Assembly: GCA_963662545.2 (NCBI GenBank)
Contig: CAXXLL010000003.1
Location: 1,696,001-1,760,000 of the forward strand
Reading direction: 5' to 3'
DNA length: 64,000 bases
Origin: Gammaproteobacteria bacterium
GTDB lineage: Bacteria; Pseudomonadota; Gammaproteobacteria; Ga0077536
Shown: piece by piece, positions 1 to 10,850 of the stretch
How positions within the stretch are numbered: the first letter of the stretch is position 1
Layout: every line of letters starts with the position of its first letter
The notes under the pieces: generated by a model
The model's database searches: none
What the model was told of the DNA's origin: nothing
The model's input: the letters and a program-made list of their open reading frames with translations, nothing else
Program-made: the position numbers and the translations under genes

Positions 1-330
1 GCTGTGCACGGAAAAATAGGCTTGCAGCCCCAGCTCGATCTCGCGGACCTTGCCGGTGTCGGGATCGACTGAAAGAACCCGCCGATCGAAATTCTCACTA
101 CTGAGTTCGACGACGACTTCGGCTTCTGTGCGTTTCGCGGTAACTCGAACGCCGCGGTTGGCGAGTTCGGTACGAACCGCGGTCGATACTTTGGGTGCAT
201 TGGCCGCATTGACGTACACCGTCTCGAAGGGAAACTTGTTCGGTCCTTCACCGCGCAGATACCAACCGCTACAAGCCTGTATGGAACAGGCCAGCGCCAT
301 AAGGGCAGCGATTTTCGTTCGGTTCGACAT
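1..330 (-). CDS. lptE: LPS assembly lipoprotein LptE (partial, runs off the window's left edge)
   Basis: Manual translation from ATG at 330: MSNRTKIAALMALACSIQACSGWYLRG...FDRRVLSVDPDTGKVREIEL; lipoprotein Cys followed by GWYLRG; directly downstream of leuS (conserved leuS-lptE order). Confidence 0.85.
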   Translation of the reverse strand, partial: MSNRTKIAALMALACSIQACSGWYLRGEGPNKFPFETVYVNAANAPKVSTAVRTELANRGVRVTAKRTEAEVVVELSSENFDRRVLSVDPDTGKVREIELGLQAYFSVHS

Positions 331-333
331 GCT

Positions 334-2934
334 TCAGGCCGATACGACTACATTCACGAGTTTTCCGGGTACGACGATGATCTTGCGGATCGTTTTCTCC
401 GCGGTAAAGCGTTTGACGTTGTCGTCGGCCATGGCCGCGGCCTCACAGTCCGCCTTGCCCGCGTCGGCAGGGACCTGGATGATCGCACGTTTCTTGCCGT
501 TGACCTGCACCACGATCTCGATTTCGTCGCGTACCATCGCATCCTCGTCGGGCCGGGGCCAGGCAGCCTCAATGATATCGTCTGTGTGACCGAGTGCCTG
601 CCACAGTACCGAGGCGACGTGCGGGACGATCGGCGCCAACAATAATACCGCTGTTTCCAGGCCTTCCTGGCGGACTGGCCGTGCCGCTTCGGAGGTGTCG
701 TCCGCACGTGCAATATGATTGACCAGCTCCATCACCGCGGCGATCGCGGTATTGAATTTATACCGCCTGCTGAAGTCGTCGGTGACCTTCGCGATCGTTT
801 CATGGGTGTGCCGGCGCAGCGCCTTGAGATCCTCAGGAAGTGCGCAAGGAAAAACCGCCGATGCATGGCCGCCGGCCACGTGTTTACGCGTCAAGCGCCA
901 CAAGGACTTGATGAACCTGAAAGCGCCTTCGACCGCGGTATCTGACCACTCGAGCGTCTGGTCCGGAGGCGCGGCAAACATCGTGTAGAGACGAATCGTG
1001 TCGGCACCGTAACGATCGATGAGCCCCTGCGGGTCGACGCCGTTGTTTTTGGATTTCGACATCTTCTCGATCGGCCCGATCGTGACCGGCTGTCCATCGC
1101 TGATCAAGCGCGCCGCGATCACTCGGCGCCTGGCGTCCGTTTCCACCTCGACCTCAGCGGGATTGTAGTACTGCCGCCGGCCACGCTCGTTTTCACGGTA
1201 GTACGTTTCCTTGCACACCATCCCCTGGGTTAACAATCGCGTAAAAGGTTCGTCCGACACCACGAGGCCGGCGTCGCGCATCGCCTTGTGAAAGAAGCGC
1301 GCGTAGAGTAAATGCAGTACGGCATGCTCGATACCGCCGATATAAATATCGACCGGCATCCAGTAATCGACGCGTTCGTCGACCATCGCCGTCTCATTGT
1401 CGCGGCAGCAGAAGCGCGAAAAATACCACGACGATTCGAAAAATGTGTCGAAGGTGTCGGTCTCGCGCCGCGCCGGCGCACCGGTTGGCATTCTTGCGTC
1501 GATGAAGTCGGGCATTGAGCGCAAAGGTGAAGAGACGCCCGCCCACTCGACCTCCTCGGGCAAGATCACGGGAAGACCTTCGTCTGCCTCCGGCACCACC
1601 TCGCCGCCATCGCCGTAGAGGACGGGAATAGGGCAGCCCCAGTAACGCTGACGCGACACCAACCAGTCGCGCAAACGGTACTGCGTCCGCCGTTCGGCGC
1701 GGCCTTGGCGCTCGAGCGCCGTGGCGATTGCGTCGAACGCGGACGAAAAATCCAGGCCGTCGAATGCCCCGCTGTTGACCAGCACACCGTGATCCGTAAA
1801 TGCCCCGCGATCGATATCGATCGCTGGCCCATCCGCCGGCGCTACGACCTGGCGGATCGGCAAACGATGCTCGTTCGCGAATTCCCAGTCGCGCTGGTCG
1901 TGTGCGGGAACCGACATCACCGCGCCGGTGCCGTAAGCCATCAGAATGAAATTGGCGACCCACACGGGCAGCGGATCACCGGTCAGGGGATGGTCCACGC
2001 TAAATCCCAGCGGTTCGCCGCGCTTTTCCATCCGTGCGAGGACGCCTTCGCTGGTGGACTGCCGCCGGCAAGAATCCAGAAAAGTTTCCAGTTTTTTGCT
2101 GCCGGCCGCGGCGGCGACCGCCAGGGGATGTTCCGGGGCGATGGCCATATAAGTCGCGCCTAGCAGTGTATCGGGCCGCGTTGTGTACACCTCGAGGTTG
2201 CCGGAACCGTCGCTCAGGGGGAAACGGATGAGCAGACCTTCGGAGCGTCCGATCCAGTTCCGCTGCATGGTCTTGACGGCTTCGGGCCAGCCATCGAGTC
2301 GATCGAGTCCTTCTAGCAGCTCATCGGCATAGGCGGTAATTTTTAGGAACCATTGAGGAATCTCGCGGCGTTCGACCGGCGCTCCCGAGCGCCAGCCGCA
2401 ACCGTCGATCACCTGTTCGTTGGCGAGTACGGTCTGGTCGACCGGATCCCAGTTGACCACCGCCGTGTCGCGGTAAACCAGTCCCTTCTCATACAAGCGT
2501 GCAAAAAACCACTGCTCCCAGCGATAGTAATCGGGGTCGCAAGTGGCGAATTCTCGGTCCCAGTCATAAGCGAAACCGAGCCGCTCGAGTTGTCCGCGCA
2601 TGGATTCGATGTTCGAGCGGGTCCATGCGGCCGGCGGCACGTCGTTCTCGATGGCGGCGTTCTCCGCCGGCAGGCCAAATGCATCCCAACCCATTGGTTG
2701 TAATACATTTTTACCCTGCATGCGTTGGTATCGCGAGATCACATCCCCGATCGTGTAGTTGCGCACATGGCCCATGTGCAGGCGGCCGCTGGGGTAGGGG
2801 AACATCGACAGGCAATAAAACTTCTCGCGGCCTTCGTCTTCGGTTGCCTTGAAGGCACCGCGCTCGCGCCACGCTCGCTGCACCGCCGGCTCGATCACCG
2901 CGGGCTCATAGCGCTCTTTCAGGAACTCCTGCAT
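334..2934 (-). CDS. leuS: Leucine--tRNA ligase
   Basis: [13 protein letters not shown] (HIGH-type) and KMSKSKNN motifs; start may be 2934 or 2949. Confidence 0.98.
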   Translation of the reverse strand: MQEFLKERYEPAVIEPAVQRAWRERGAFKATEDEGREKFYCLSMFPYPSGRLHMGHVRNYTIGDVISRYQRMQGKNVLQPMGWDAFGLPAENAAIENDVPPAAWTRSNIESMRGQLERLGFAYDWDREFATCDPDYYRWEQWFFARLYEKGLVYRDTAVVNWDPVDQTVLANEQVIDGCGWRSGAPVERREIPQWFLKITAYADELLEGLDRLDGWPEAVKTMQRNWIGRSEGLLIRFPLSDGSGNLEVYTTRPDTLLGATYMAIAPEHPLAVAAAAGSKKLETFLDSCRRQSTSEGVLARMEKRGEPLGFSVDHPLTGDPLPVWVANFILMAYGTGAVMSVPAHDQRDWEFANEHRLPIRQVVAPADGPAIDIDRGAFTDHGVLVNSGAFDGLDFSSAFDAIATALERQGRAERRTQYRLRDWLVSRQRYWGCPIPVLYGDGGEVVPEADEGLPVILPEEVEWAGVSSPLRSMPDFIDARMPTGAPARRETDTFDTFFESSWYFSRFCCRDNETAMVDERVDYWMPVDIYIGGIEHAVLHLLYARFFHKAMRDAGLVVSDEPFTRLLTQGMVCKETYYRENERGRRQYYNPAEVEVETDARRRVIAARLISDGQPVTIGPIEKMSKSKNNGVDPQGLIDRYGADTIRLYTMFAAPPDQTLEWSDTAVEGAFRFIKSLWRLTRKHVAGGHASAVFPCALPEDLKALRRHTHETIAKVTDDFSRRYKFNTAIAAVMELVNHIARADDTSEAARPVRQEGLETAVLLLAPIVPHVASVLWQALGHTDDIIEAAWPRPDEDAMVRDEIEIVVQVNGKKRAIIQVPADAGKADCEAAAMADDNVKRFTAEKTIRKIIVVPGKLVNVVVSA

Positions 2935-3070
2935 GACTTCATCGCGCAAATACTGCGCCCTTTTGCGGTTTCGGCCGGACTGCCCGTAGCATTTTTCATC
3001 CGCGCGCGGCCGGCTTTAGGGCCCGCATCCCGGTGCGGCGCAGAGCATACAGGAGGGCCCTGAGCCGCGC

Positions 3071-3101
3071 AAAAAAAAGCCGGCACCGCGGCGGTACCGG
3101 C
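3071..3101 (-). terminator. Rho-independent terminator after comEA
   Basis: Minus strand GCCGGTACC-GCCGC-GGTGCCGGC hairpin followed by 8 T. Confidence 0.8.
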
Positions 3102-3138
3102 GGGGCTTATCAGCCCGAGGAGGGTATGGCGAAAAGAC

Positions 3139-3414
3139 TCAGGGTGTGGCGGCGGTCAGCCGATCGCGATTCTTCTTGAGGGTGGATTCGCCGATGCCTT
3201 TAATGAGAAGAAGGTCATCGACGGATTTGAACGGACCGTGCTTTTCGCGAAACGCGACGATCGCCGCGGCCTTTGCCGGCCCGATACCGGTGACCTGCGC
3301 TGACAGGGTCTCGGCGTCGGCCGAATTAATATCGATGGCCTCTGCCGCCCAGCTGAATACGCTTGCGAGCAGCAACGATGTAGCGATGAGGTTTTTGATC
3401 GTGGACATGTCCAT
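3139..3414 (-). CDS. comEA: ComEA-family helix-hairpin-helix DNA-binding protein
   Basis: Signal peptide, IDINSADAETL...GIGPAKAAAIV...GPFKSVDDLLLIKGIG; GGAG RBS. Confidence 0.9.
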   Translation of the reverse strand: MDMSTIKNLIATSLLLASVFSWAAEAIDINSADAETLSAQVTGIGPAKAAAIVAFREKHGPFKSVDDLLLIKGIGESTLKKNRDRLTAATP

Positions 3415-3729
3415 GTCTCCTTAGAAGGTTTCCTTGAGCGCCCCCGCGGCGCGACCGCAGGAACAGCCTGCGACGGCGCCTACGTTCGAGAGGAAAGGCA
3501 GGGTAGCGAATGCTGGCCGGCACCACGAACGCGAGTTGCGGCGGCGCGGCGGCTTGTGAAGGGAATAATTCCCGAATGGTATAGACTTTTATCGCCTAAA
3601 GGGCGGGAAGCATGGATGCCGCGCTGCAACGGTTTCGGCCATTCTCTTCGACGGCGTTTGGGGGGGCGTGAATGCCGGTCTTCCGGCCGGCGAGATCGCT
3701 CCGGGCCTTCCGCTGACGGCGGTTCGCCT

Positions 3730-4578
3730 CTACTTGATGGCCGCGATGTAGCAAATCCAGCCGGCATCGGCGTCTGCCGTCTCGACTGGTTCGAATTCGT
3801 CGTTTCCCTCTTCTTCGTCGTCGTCCCAGCCCTGCCAGTACACAACGTTCCGGCTGAAGCCAGCCTCCAAAATAATCTCGCGAATTTCGGGCAGGGTCCA
3901 CAGCCGCCAATCATACGAAAACGCATTTTTCATCCGCGAACCATCCTTGAAACGGAAATGAATATGGGTGATCGTGTGACCGTTGACGGGATTGTAAGAC
4001 GCCTGATCCCAAACGTAGGTAAATTCCTCGTGCTTCGTGTGTTCGTTGAGCTCCCTGAAGGCGTCGTAGCCGCCGTAGCAATCGAGAAAAAACACCCCGT
4101 CGTCGATCAGCGCGCCCAGGGCCCGCCGGAAGTAACTGCGCAGCTGAGCGCGTTCCTTGAAGCTGAAGTAGCTGAAGTTCATGGCCAGCACGATGTCCTG
4201 CGGCGCGGTTTCGACCCGCATGACATCGCCCTCTATCAGGGTGATGCGCTCACGGGCGGCTGGGGTCAAGCTTGCGACACGATTTTCTTTGCCCCACTGG
4301 AGCACCTCCGGATCGAGGTCCACGCCCGCCGCGCTGTTATCCGCACGGCGCCGCACCCACTCACAAGAAGTGCTGGCTGTGCCGCAAAAATCCTCCCGCA
4401 GAGTGCGCGCGCGGCGGCCGCGAAGATTCTGGAATTCCTGGTCGACGAAATCGATTTCGGCCTCGACGCACTGGACCGCGGCTTCGTATAGAACGTGGCG
4501 GTCAGCGGTTTCAGCCATTGATGGCCCATTCGTTTTTATGCGGGCGTGTTTTTTTCGCTTCTTGGGGCGCTTGGCCAT
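3730..4578 (-). CDS. Class I SAM-dependent methyltransferase
   Basis: LREDFCGTA motif-I variant, GVDLDPEVL, YDWRLWTLPEI. Confidence 0.8.
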   Translation of the reverse strand: MAKRPKKRKKHARIKTNGPSMAETADRHVLYEAAVQCVEAEIDFVDQEFQNLRGRRARTLREDFCGTASTSCEWVRRRADNSAAGVDLDPEVLQWGKENRVASLTPAARERITLIEGDVMRVETAPQDIVLAMNFSYFSFKERAQLRSYFRRALGALIDDGVFFLDCYGGYDAFRELNEHTKHEEFTYVWDQASYNPVNGHTITHIHFRFKDGSRMKNAFSYDWRLWTLPEIREIILEAGFSRNVVYWQGWDDDEEEGNDEFEPVETADADAGWICYIAAIK

Positions 4579-4751
4579 CCTGCTGTTTCGGACCCGTTAT
4601 ACTTTGGAAAAACGCCTTGATCGTGATTGGCGGTCGGTGAGCGGCGCGCAATCTTAAACGCAGCCTGATGAAATTGCACCCGCACTGTTTTTCTTGAACC
4701 GTACCTTACCAAGGCGTGCCAGCGCACCGACGATCCAGACTGCCCGAGTTT

Positions 4752-5465
4752 ATGGACGCAAAAACGATTCAAATTGGAGACCCGGAGCTTTACATCAACC
4801 GGAAATTGAGCCAACTCCAATTCAACCGACGCGTGCTCGCCCAGGCGATGGACGAATCGAATCCCTTGTTAGAACGGGTGAAGTTCCTGTGCATCGCGAG
4901 CAGCAATCTGGACGAGTTCTTCGAAATCCGTGTGGCCGGACTCAAACAGCAGGTCGCGTTCGGCTCCTTACAGAGCGGCCCTGACCAGATAGTCCCGGTG
5001 GAGCAGCTCAAGGCCATCAGCGCCGGCACGCACGAATTGGTCGACGAACAATACCGTATCCTCAATGAAGAACTCCTGCCGCAGCTCTCGAAAGAGGACA
5101 TTCATTTCCTCAAACGCGGGGAATGGAATGTGCGGCAGGCGGCATGGGTGCGGCGGTTTTTCAATCGTGAATTGCTGCCCGTCTTGAGTCCCATCGGGCT
5201 TGATCCTTCACACCCGTTTCCGCGAATTCTCAACAAGAGCCTCAACTTTCTCGTGTCGTTAGAAGGCACCGACGCCTTCGGACGAGACAGCGTGATCGCC
5301 ATCGTACAGGCGCCGCGATCGCTGCCACGCATCATCAATGTGCCCGACGGTTACGGTAGTGGGCCCTATGAGTTCGTCTTCCTGTCATCGATCATCCACG
5401 CGCACGTCAATGATATTTTCCCAGGCATGGAGGTCACCGGCTGCTATCAGTTCCGGGTGACCTGA
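4752..5465 (+). pseudogene. ppk1: Polyphosphate kinase 1, 5' third only (truncated)
   Basis: YINRKLSQLQFNRRVL, NLDEFFEIRVAGL, HPFPRILNKSLN; stops at GCYQFRVT* after ~240 aa versus ~690 aa for full-length PPK1. Confidence 0.92.
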
Positions 5466-5631
5466 AGGCGGCGAACTCGAGATCTGGTACGGGGGTACGC
5501 CCAAAATAGTCCCCAGGTTGCAGGGCATGCTCACTGCGTTCCCGAGCTACACGATGCACCGCGTCACGCCCGTTACCCGGGGTGTACGGAAGGCGCTCGT
5601 GGCCTGGGTCAACGGCCCGGATTTTCGCTAG
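5464..5631 (+). pseudogene. C-terminal fragment of a 2OG-Fe(II) oxygenase (prolyl-hydroxylase-like)
   Basis: Manual translation EGGELEIWYGGTPKIVPRLQGMLTAFPSYTMHRVTPVTRGVRKALVAWVNGPDFR*; EGGEL...FPSY..HRVTPVT.G.R motif; no start, fused directly to the ppk1 break. Confidence 0.85.
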
Positions 5632-5737
5632 CGTGAATTTCTGTTACGTGCCCTATCGTTCGGCCGTGGCTTAAGCTACATTCGCACCGGGCGCTTGCCG
5701 AAATCACATTCGCCCCTTGTTGCAATGAAAGTTCCCT

Positions 5738-8731
5738 ATGCTGGCCGCCGCCGTTGGCGTCCTCTGGACACGGAGCCCGGACGAGCTGACGAAGGCGCCC
5801 GCAAAAGTGGTGGACGCGGGAACGCGGGCGTTCCAGAAAAGCCTCAAGGATACCTACGACTCCGAAGAGCTCCTGTTCAACCTGCTGCCGCGGCTGCAGA
5901 AGCTGGCCGACGGCACGGCCAACCTCGCGATCCCCGATTACAAGAACGGCAAGCTGTTCGCGGCGCAGGTCACCGTGCGCGATCTCGCGAACAGCTCGGC
6001 CGCAGTGGACGCGATTGACTCTGTCGGTGTCCGCTCGGCGGCGTGGTCCGCGGTGGAGCGGGACGAGACGCTGGCACGAGAGCGCCTGGCAATCTGGCAA
6101 CCCTACCTGAACCAGGTGCGCTACTTCGAGCACGCGAAGTTCTACTTCATAGACGCCCGCTTCGCGGATGAGACACGCACGCGCTGGAACGCAGAGTTGG
6201 GCTTTTCAGGTCTCGCCCGCATGCGGAGCGGCGCCTCGCAGTCGATCAAAGCGGTGATCGAGACGGAATGGGAGCGTGCGGCCGTGATCGAAGACGACCC
6301 TTACGGCGGCTGGCAGATCGACCGCTGGATTACCGGCAGCTTCACCACGATCGAGGCCCGGGAGCCCGTTTTCACCGAGGTGCTCGATGTCGCCATCCCG
6401 GATCCGGATACCCGGGCAAGCCTGCGCGACTCTCAACACGAGCGCATGGTGCTCCGCTACATCGCGGATGAATCCTACGCGCCCAATAAGCTGTTTCGCC
6501 CGCCCGCCTGGGACCGGCATCCCGGGCTCGCAGTCGTCGACATCGACCGCGACGGTTTTGACGACGTCTACACGATGGCCCGCCGGGGCAAGAACAAGTT
6601 CCTGCGCAACCGCGGCGACGGCACGTTCGAGGAGATCGCAGCCGAGCTCGGGCTGGACATCGCCGATTACACATCGAGCGCCTTGTTTGCCGATTTTGAC
6701 AACGACGGCGACGCCGACGTGTTCATCGGACGCACTCTGCAGCCGTCCCAATACCTCATGAACGAGGGCGGACGCTTCGTGGCGCGCTCCGATACCCACG
6801 TCGACGGACGCATGCCACATTTCGTGTCATCGATTTCCGCGGTCGATTACGACGGTGACGGTCTGCTCGATATCTACCTCGCCACTTACGCGTCGCAGAG
6901 CCTGGGCAAAATCAAGAACAACCTGAGCCGCTTCATGCACCGCGAGGACGTCCTACGCCACGATGAACTGCGCATGGCCGACGACTTCGAGAGCTTCGTC
7001 CATGCCTCCGGCCCCCCGAACGTACTACTCAGAAACGTCGGGGACGGGCGCTTCGTCGAGGTGATGGACACGCCGCTCAGAGTATTCAAAAACTCCTACC
7101 AGTGCACATGGGCGGACTACGACGACGACGGCGACATGGACGTCTACTGTGCGAACGATTTCGCGCCGGACAATCTGCTCCGGAACGAAGGCGGCGGCCG
7201 TTTCGTCGATGTCACCAACATGGCCGGTTTCGACGTGGTGGGCCTCGCCATGGGCGCCTCCTGGGGAGATTACGACCGCGACGGCCGGCTCGACTTGTAC
7301 GTCACCAACATGTACAGCAAGGCCGGCTCGCGCATCGCGCGCAAGATCGAAGGCCTTGACCCGCGGTACGCGCAGACGGCGCTGGGGAACTTCCTGTATC
7401 GCAACGAAGGGGACAAGTTTCGCCGGGTGTCGGGCAGTGCCCCCCAGGCTATGCAGGTCGAGCGTGCAGGCTGGTCCTGGGGTAGCCAGTTCATCGATGT
7501 CGACAACGACGGGGACCTCGACATCTATGCGCTGAACGGCTTTTACTCGGCGCCGAAAGACGTTGCCCGTCCGGGTGATACCTGAAGCCGCTTCTGGCGC
7601 TCGGTGGTCCACCGGGTATCGAAGGTCAAGCAGAACCTGAATTACAACCGCTCGGGGCGGTTCGGCTACACCGACCACGCGTCGTGGCGGTATTCGTTGT
7701 CCGGCCGTGAGCGCAGCCACCTGTTCGTGAACGAAGACGGCCGGCGGTTCATCGATGTCTCGGGCATCTCAGGCGCGGACCACCCGGGCGACGGGCGCGC
7801 GTTCGCGAAGATCGATTTCGATCGCGACGGCTGGACGGACCTCGCGGTGATGAACGCGAATGCCCCGGCATTCACTTTGTACCGGAACGAAATCGGGCGA
7901 CGCAGCATCGGAACGGGTGCGGACAATGAAGTGATAGCGGTACGGCTGGCCGGGGGCAACCGCAGCGCGCATCCCGCCACGGACGCGAGTAACCGGGACG
8001 GCATCGGAGCGCGCTTCTGGGTGTCTTTCGAGAACGAGACGATCGTCAGGGAGTACCGTGCCGGCGAGGGCATGGCAGCCCAGAACAGCGCGACCCAGCT
8101 GATCGGCATCGGCCCGCGGCAGACTGTCCAAAGCCTCAAGGTCCGCTGGCCGTCGGGTACCGAGCAGACTGTCGCGGCCGTACCGGCGGGCACGCTGGTC
8201 ACCGTCTACGAGGACCCGGCGCACTCGCCCACGGGTGAAGCGTTCGTGTTCGAAACGTATCGCCGCTCGTCGCCGACGGACAACAAGCCGGTATCACCCC
8301 GGAATGAACTCGCATCGCTGCCGCGCTTCGCGCTACCTTCGGCCGCGTCACACGGGCCGAAGGGCCGCTTGCGACTCTATACCGCGACGGCGACATGGTG
8401 CCCGAACTGCAAGCGGGAACTGCCGCAGCTCGAGCGCCTGCGCGCGACGTTCACGGACGGCGAGCTCGCCATGTTCGGTGTACCCGTCGACGATACCGAA
8501 ACCAGGGAGATGTTCGAGGCCTATGTCGCCGAGCATCGGCCCGCCTACGACATGCTGATCGGGATCGCCCCGGAAGAACAGGCCACGATGCGCCAGACGC
8601 TGACCTCGCGACTCAAGTCCGAAGGGATACCCGCCACGCTGGTGACGGATGCCGAGGATCGCATCCTGCACGTTAGCTGGGGCGTGCCGAGCCTGTCGAC
8701 ACTGCACAAGCTGCTGGCTTTGAGCCGCTAG
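5738..8731 (+). CDS. FG-GAP/CRTAC1-repeat + ASPIC/UnbV + TlpA-like thioredoxin protein, probably read through one in-frame UGA (7583-7585) as a putative selenoprotein of ~997 aa
   Basis: ORFs 5738..7585 and 7604..8731 are in the same frame, separated by one TGA; multiple DxDxDG Ca-binding repeats, SNRDGIGAR...VRWPSG (ASPIC/UnbV), ATWCPNC; SECIS-like hairpin immediately after the UGA. Confidence 0.7.
7586..7624 (+). promoter_or_regulatory. Putative bacterial SECIS element
   Basis: CTCGGTG-GTC-CACCGGG upper stem-loop (7600-7616) with loop G 22 nt after the UGA; lower stem CTTC/GAAG. Confidence 0.65.
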
Positions 8732-9000
8732 ACCGGATCCCCCGTCGTCGCGCGCCGACGAAGCGCGACAGGAGAGGGCGACGCCGCGGCCGGGTCATTG
8801 CGCAAGTTTCAGCATGGGCATTGACCCTTGCCCGCTTGCGGCGGCTTTCACATGGCGGCGCGTTTTTGCACTAATTTTCATTGTCAGTCGCGCGGTTCCC
8901 TTACAATGTTGCGCCGCTGTGCGGCGCTTGCCAGGGCACCGATCGCGGTCATCGAGCGGGCCGGTACCAGGCAGCGCGCGCGAAGTGAGGTCGAAACACC

Positions 9001-10221
9001 ATGATTCGAATCGTAAGTTCATGCGCCCGGCCGCGCCGTCTCGACCACGCGACCGTGCGGGACATCGAGGACGAGGGCTCCCTGCTGACAGTGGCGGGTG
9101 GCGACCCGGTGTCCCTCAACGCGACAGCACGCCGCATCCTCGAACTGTGCGACGGCGCGCGCAGCGTAGCCGCGATCAGCGAGGCGCTCGCGGCAAATTT
9201 CGGCAGCTCGCGTGACGCGGTGCTGTCCGACGTGCGTGAGTCCGTGCGGCATCTCGCCGATATTCCCGCGCTGGAACTCAACGATGACACGTCGTGCGAG
9301 GCAGGGCCCGCCGATATCGACTGGTCGCGGATAGCCGCGCCGCAGCCCGATCAGTACGACACCGAGGTGGTGCTTGACCTGATGGCGGACAAACTGCGGG
9401 GACGCTGGCTCTATTGTGGCGATTCCGGTGAGGACTGGTGGCAGCCCGATGGCCGCATTAAGCTCGGCGACGGCCGCGTCGACGTCGGTTACTGTTATAA
9501 CGGACCGTGCGAGGACTCTTTGCTGCGGCTCCTGACGAACGCGCCGCTCGATCACCCGAATATCGCGGCCGCCGAGGAATTCCTGCACGCCTGGCCGGTC
9601 GCGGCCGAGCAGTTCGGCCGTTTGATGCGCTGCCTGCATCCGGTGATCGACCCGCACCGCCCCAGCGATGAGCGCGCCTTCCTGGTCGGCAGCAACTCGC
9701 ATTCCGTGAATCACCGGGCGATGTTCGGCACGTTGTATTCGACCATTAACTGCCCGCTGGAGCTCGCGAACAATTGCATTCACGAAATGGCCCATCAGAA
9801 GCTCTTCGCGCTGGGCATCTACAAGGAGTCGAGTACGGCGCTCATTACCAATGACCCGCAGGAAATGTACGCGAGTCCGGTGATCGTCGATCGACCGCGA
9901 CCGATGACGGCGGTGATCCACGGTGTTTACGTGTTCTGCTACGTCGCGCAACTCGAATTGCACGTACTGGACACGAACCTGCTTAACGGCGAGCGACGCG
10001 ACATGCTGCGCAAGCGGCTGTCGAAGGACCTGGGGCGTCTGCATACCGGGGTGCGGGAAATCGTCGATAACGTGCGCAGCGACGCCTGTGGCACGGCGTT
10101 TCTCGGCGGCTTGTACCGTTGGATAGACCAGCTGCTGAAGGACGGTCGTGCCCGCCTCGGAATGCAGTCGTTTCCCGCACCTAAGATCCGGCACCCGGCC
10201 GTGGCGGGGCAGGGCGCTTGA
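9001..10221 (+). CDS. PqqD-type RiPP recognition element fused to an HExxH domain (aKG-HExxH-type peptide beta-hydroxylase-like)
   Basis: N-terminal LNATARRILELCDGARSVAAI (RRE); C-terminal IHEMAHQKL and YASPVIVDRPRPMTAVIHG. Confidence 0.85.
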   Translation: MIRIVSSCARPRRLDHATVRDIEDEGSLLTVAGGDPVSLNATARRILELCDGARSVAAISEALAANFGSSRDAVLSDVRESVRHLADIPALELNDDTSCEAGPADIDWSRIAAPQPDQYDTEVVLDLMADKLRGRWLYCGDSGEDWWQPDGRIKLGDGRVDVGYCYNGPCEDSLLRLLTNAPLDHPNIAAAEEFLHAWPVAAEQFGRLMRCLHPVIDPHRPSDERAFLVGSNSHSVNHRAMFGTLYSTINCPLELANNCIHEMAHQKLFALGIYKESSTALITNDPQEMYASPVIVDRPRPMTAVIHGVYVFCYVAQLELHVLDTNLLNGERRDMLRKRLSKDLGRLHTGVREIVDNVRSDACGTAFLGGLYRWIDQLLKDGRARLGMQSFPAPKIRHPAVAGQGA

Positions 10222-10838
10222 ACGTGGTAAAGCCTTCGTCGGAAACGGGCGTCCTCGGACCGTTTCACGTCAGGGAGGCGGCCGCCAAGCCCTTCGCGTA
10301 TTTTGTCGTGGATGACGTCCTCGAGTGCGCGCACGCCGACTCGCTGCTCGCGTGGATCGAGTCATGCCGGTGGTGGGAACTGGTCCACACCCAATTCTAT
10401 GATCAGTACGAGTTCATGGTGTGCGAAGGGAAACGCCGCATGGACCTGCCGAAGGAGTGCAAGCCGCTGTTCACGCAAGCGGCGCTCGGCGAACTGGCCG
10501 CGCTCGTCGGCGAGCATCTCGGGCTAGAGCGCTGCCTGATCTTGAGAGTCGTAGCGCATATGCTCAAGCCCGGCCAGGGGATCGGCATACACAACGACGA
10601 CAAAGCAAACGGGCCGCCGACATTCCGTTTCGTTCTACAGCTCAACCGCAGCTACGACGATCGGGACGGCGGGCAGCTGGGCCTGTTCGACGGCCACGAC
10701 CTCGACCGCGTGATCCACATCGCCCGCCCGTTGCACAATACGGGCTGCGCATTCGCCATTGGGTCGGCCTCGCAACATGCAGTCAGCGAAGTCCGTCGCG
10801 GGAACCGTTATACGTTGGTCTATACCTTTACGGGTTGA
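10218..10838 (+). CDS. 2OG-Fe(II) oxygenase resembling the cyclophane-RiPP-associated YhhC type
   Basis: FYDQYEF, AHMLKPGQGIGIHND (HxD), HAVSEVRRGNRYTLVYTF; TTG start overlaps upstream stop. Confidence 0.8.
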   Translation: MNVVKPSSETGVLGPFHVREAAAKPFAYFVVDDVLECAHADSLLAWIESCRWWELVHTQFYDQYEFMVCEGKRRMDLPKECKPLFTQAALGELAALVGEHLGLERCLILRVVAHMLKPGQGIGIHNDDKANGPPTFRFVLQLNRSYDDRDGGQLGLFDGHDLDRVIHIARPLHNTGCAFAIGSASQHAVSEVRRGNRYTLVYTFTG

Positions 10839-10850
10839 AGCATCGGCGAG

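Noticed and set aside
3415-3729. 315-bp GC-rich intergenic region upstream of comEA as ncRNA or riboswitch
   Set aside because: No recognisable RNA family motif or repeat elsewhere in the window
3556-4491. Long antisense ORFs (also 9019..10194, 13773..15011, 18157..19788, 38060..39064, 45041..46015)
   Set aside because: Shadow frames opposite well-supported genes in GC-rich DNA; no recognisable motifs
5725-5740. Possible frameshifted earlier start (ATG 5725) for the FG-GAP protein
   Set aside because: It would add a basic N-region to the hydrophobic segment, but cannot be supported without homologs or reads
8732-9000. Short ORFs (8795..9022 -, 8814..9215 +) as RiPP precursor
   Set aside because: No RBS, Arg/Ala-rich shadow-like composition, no leader/core pattern, and both overlap the RRE-HExxH gene
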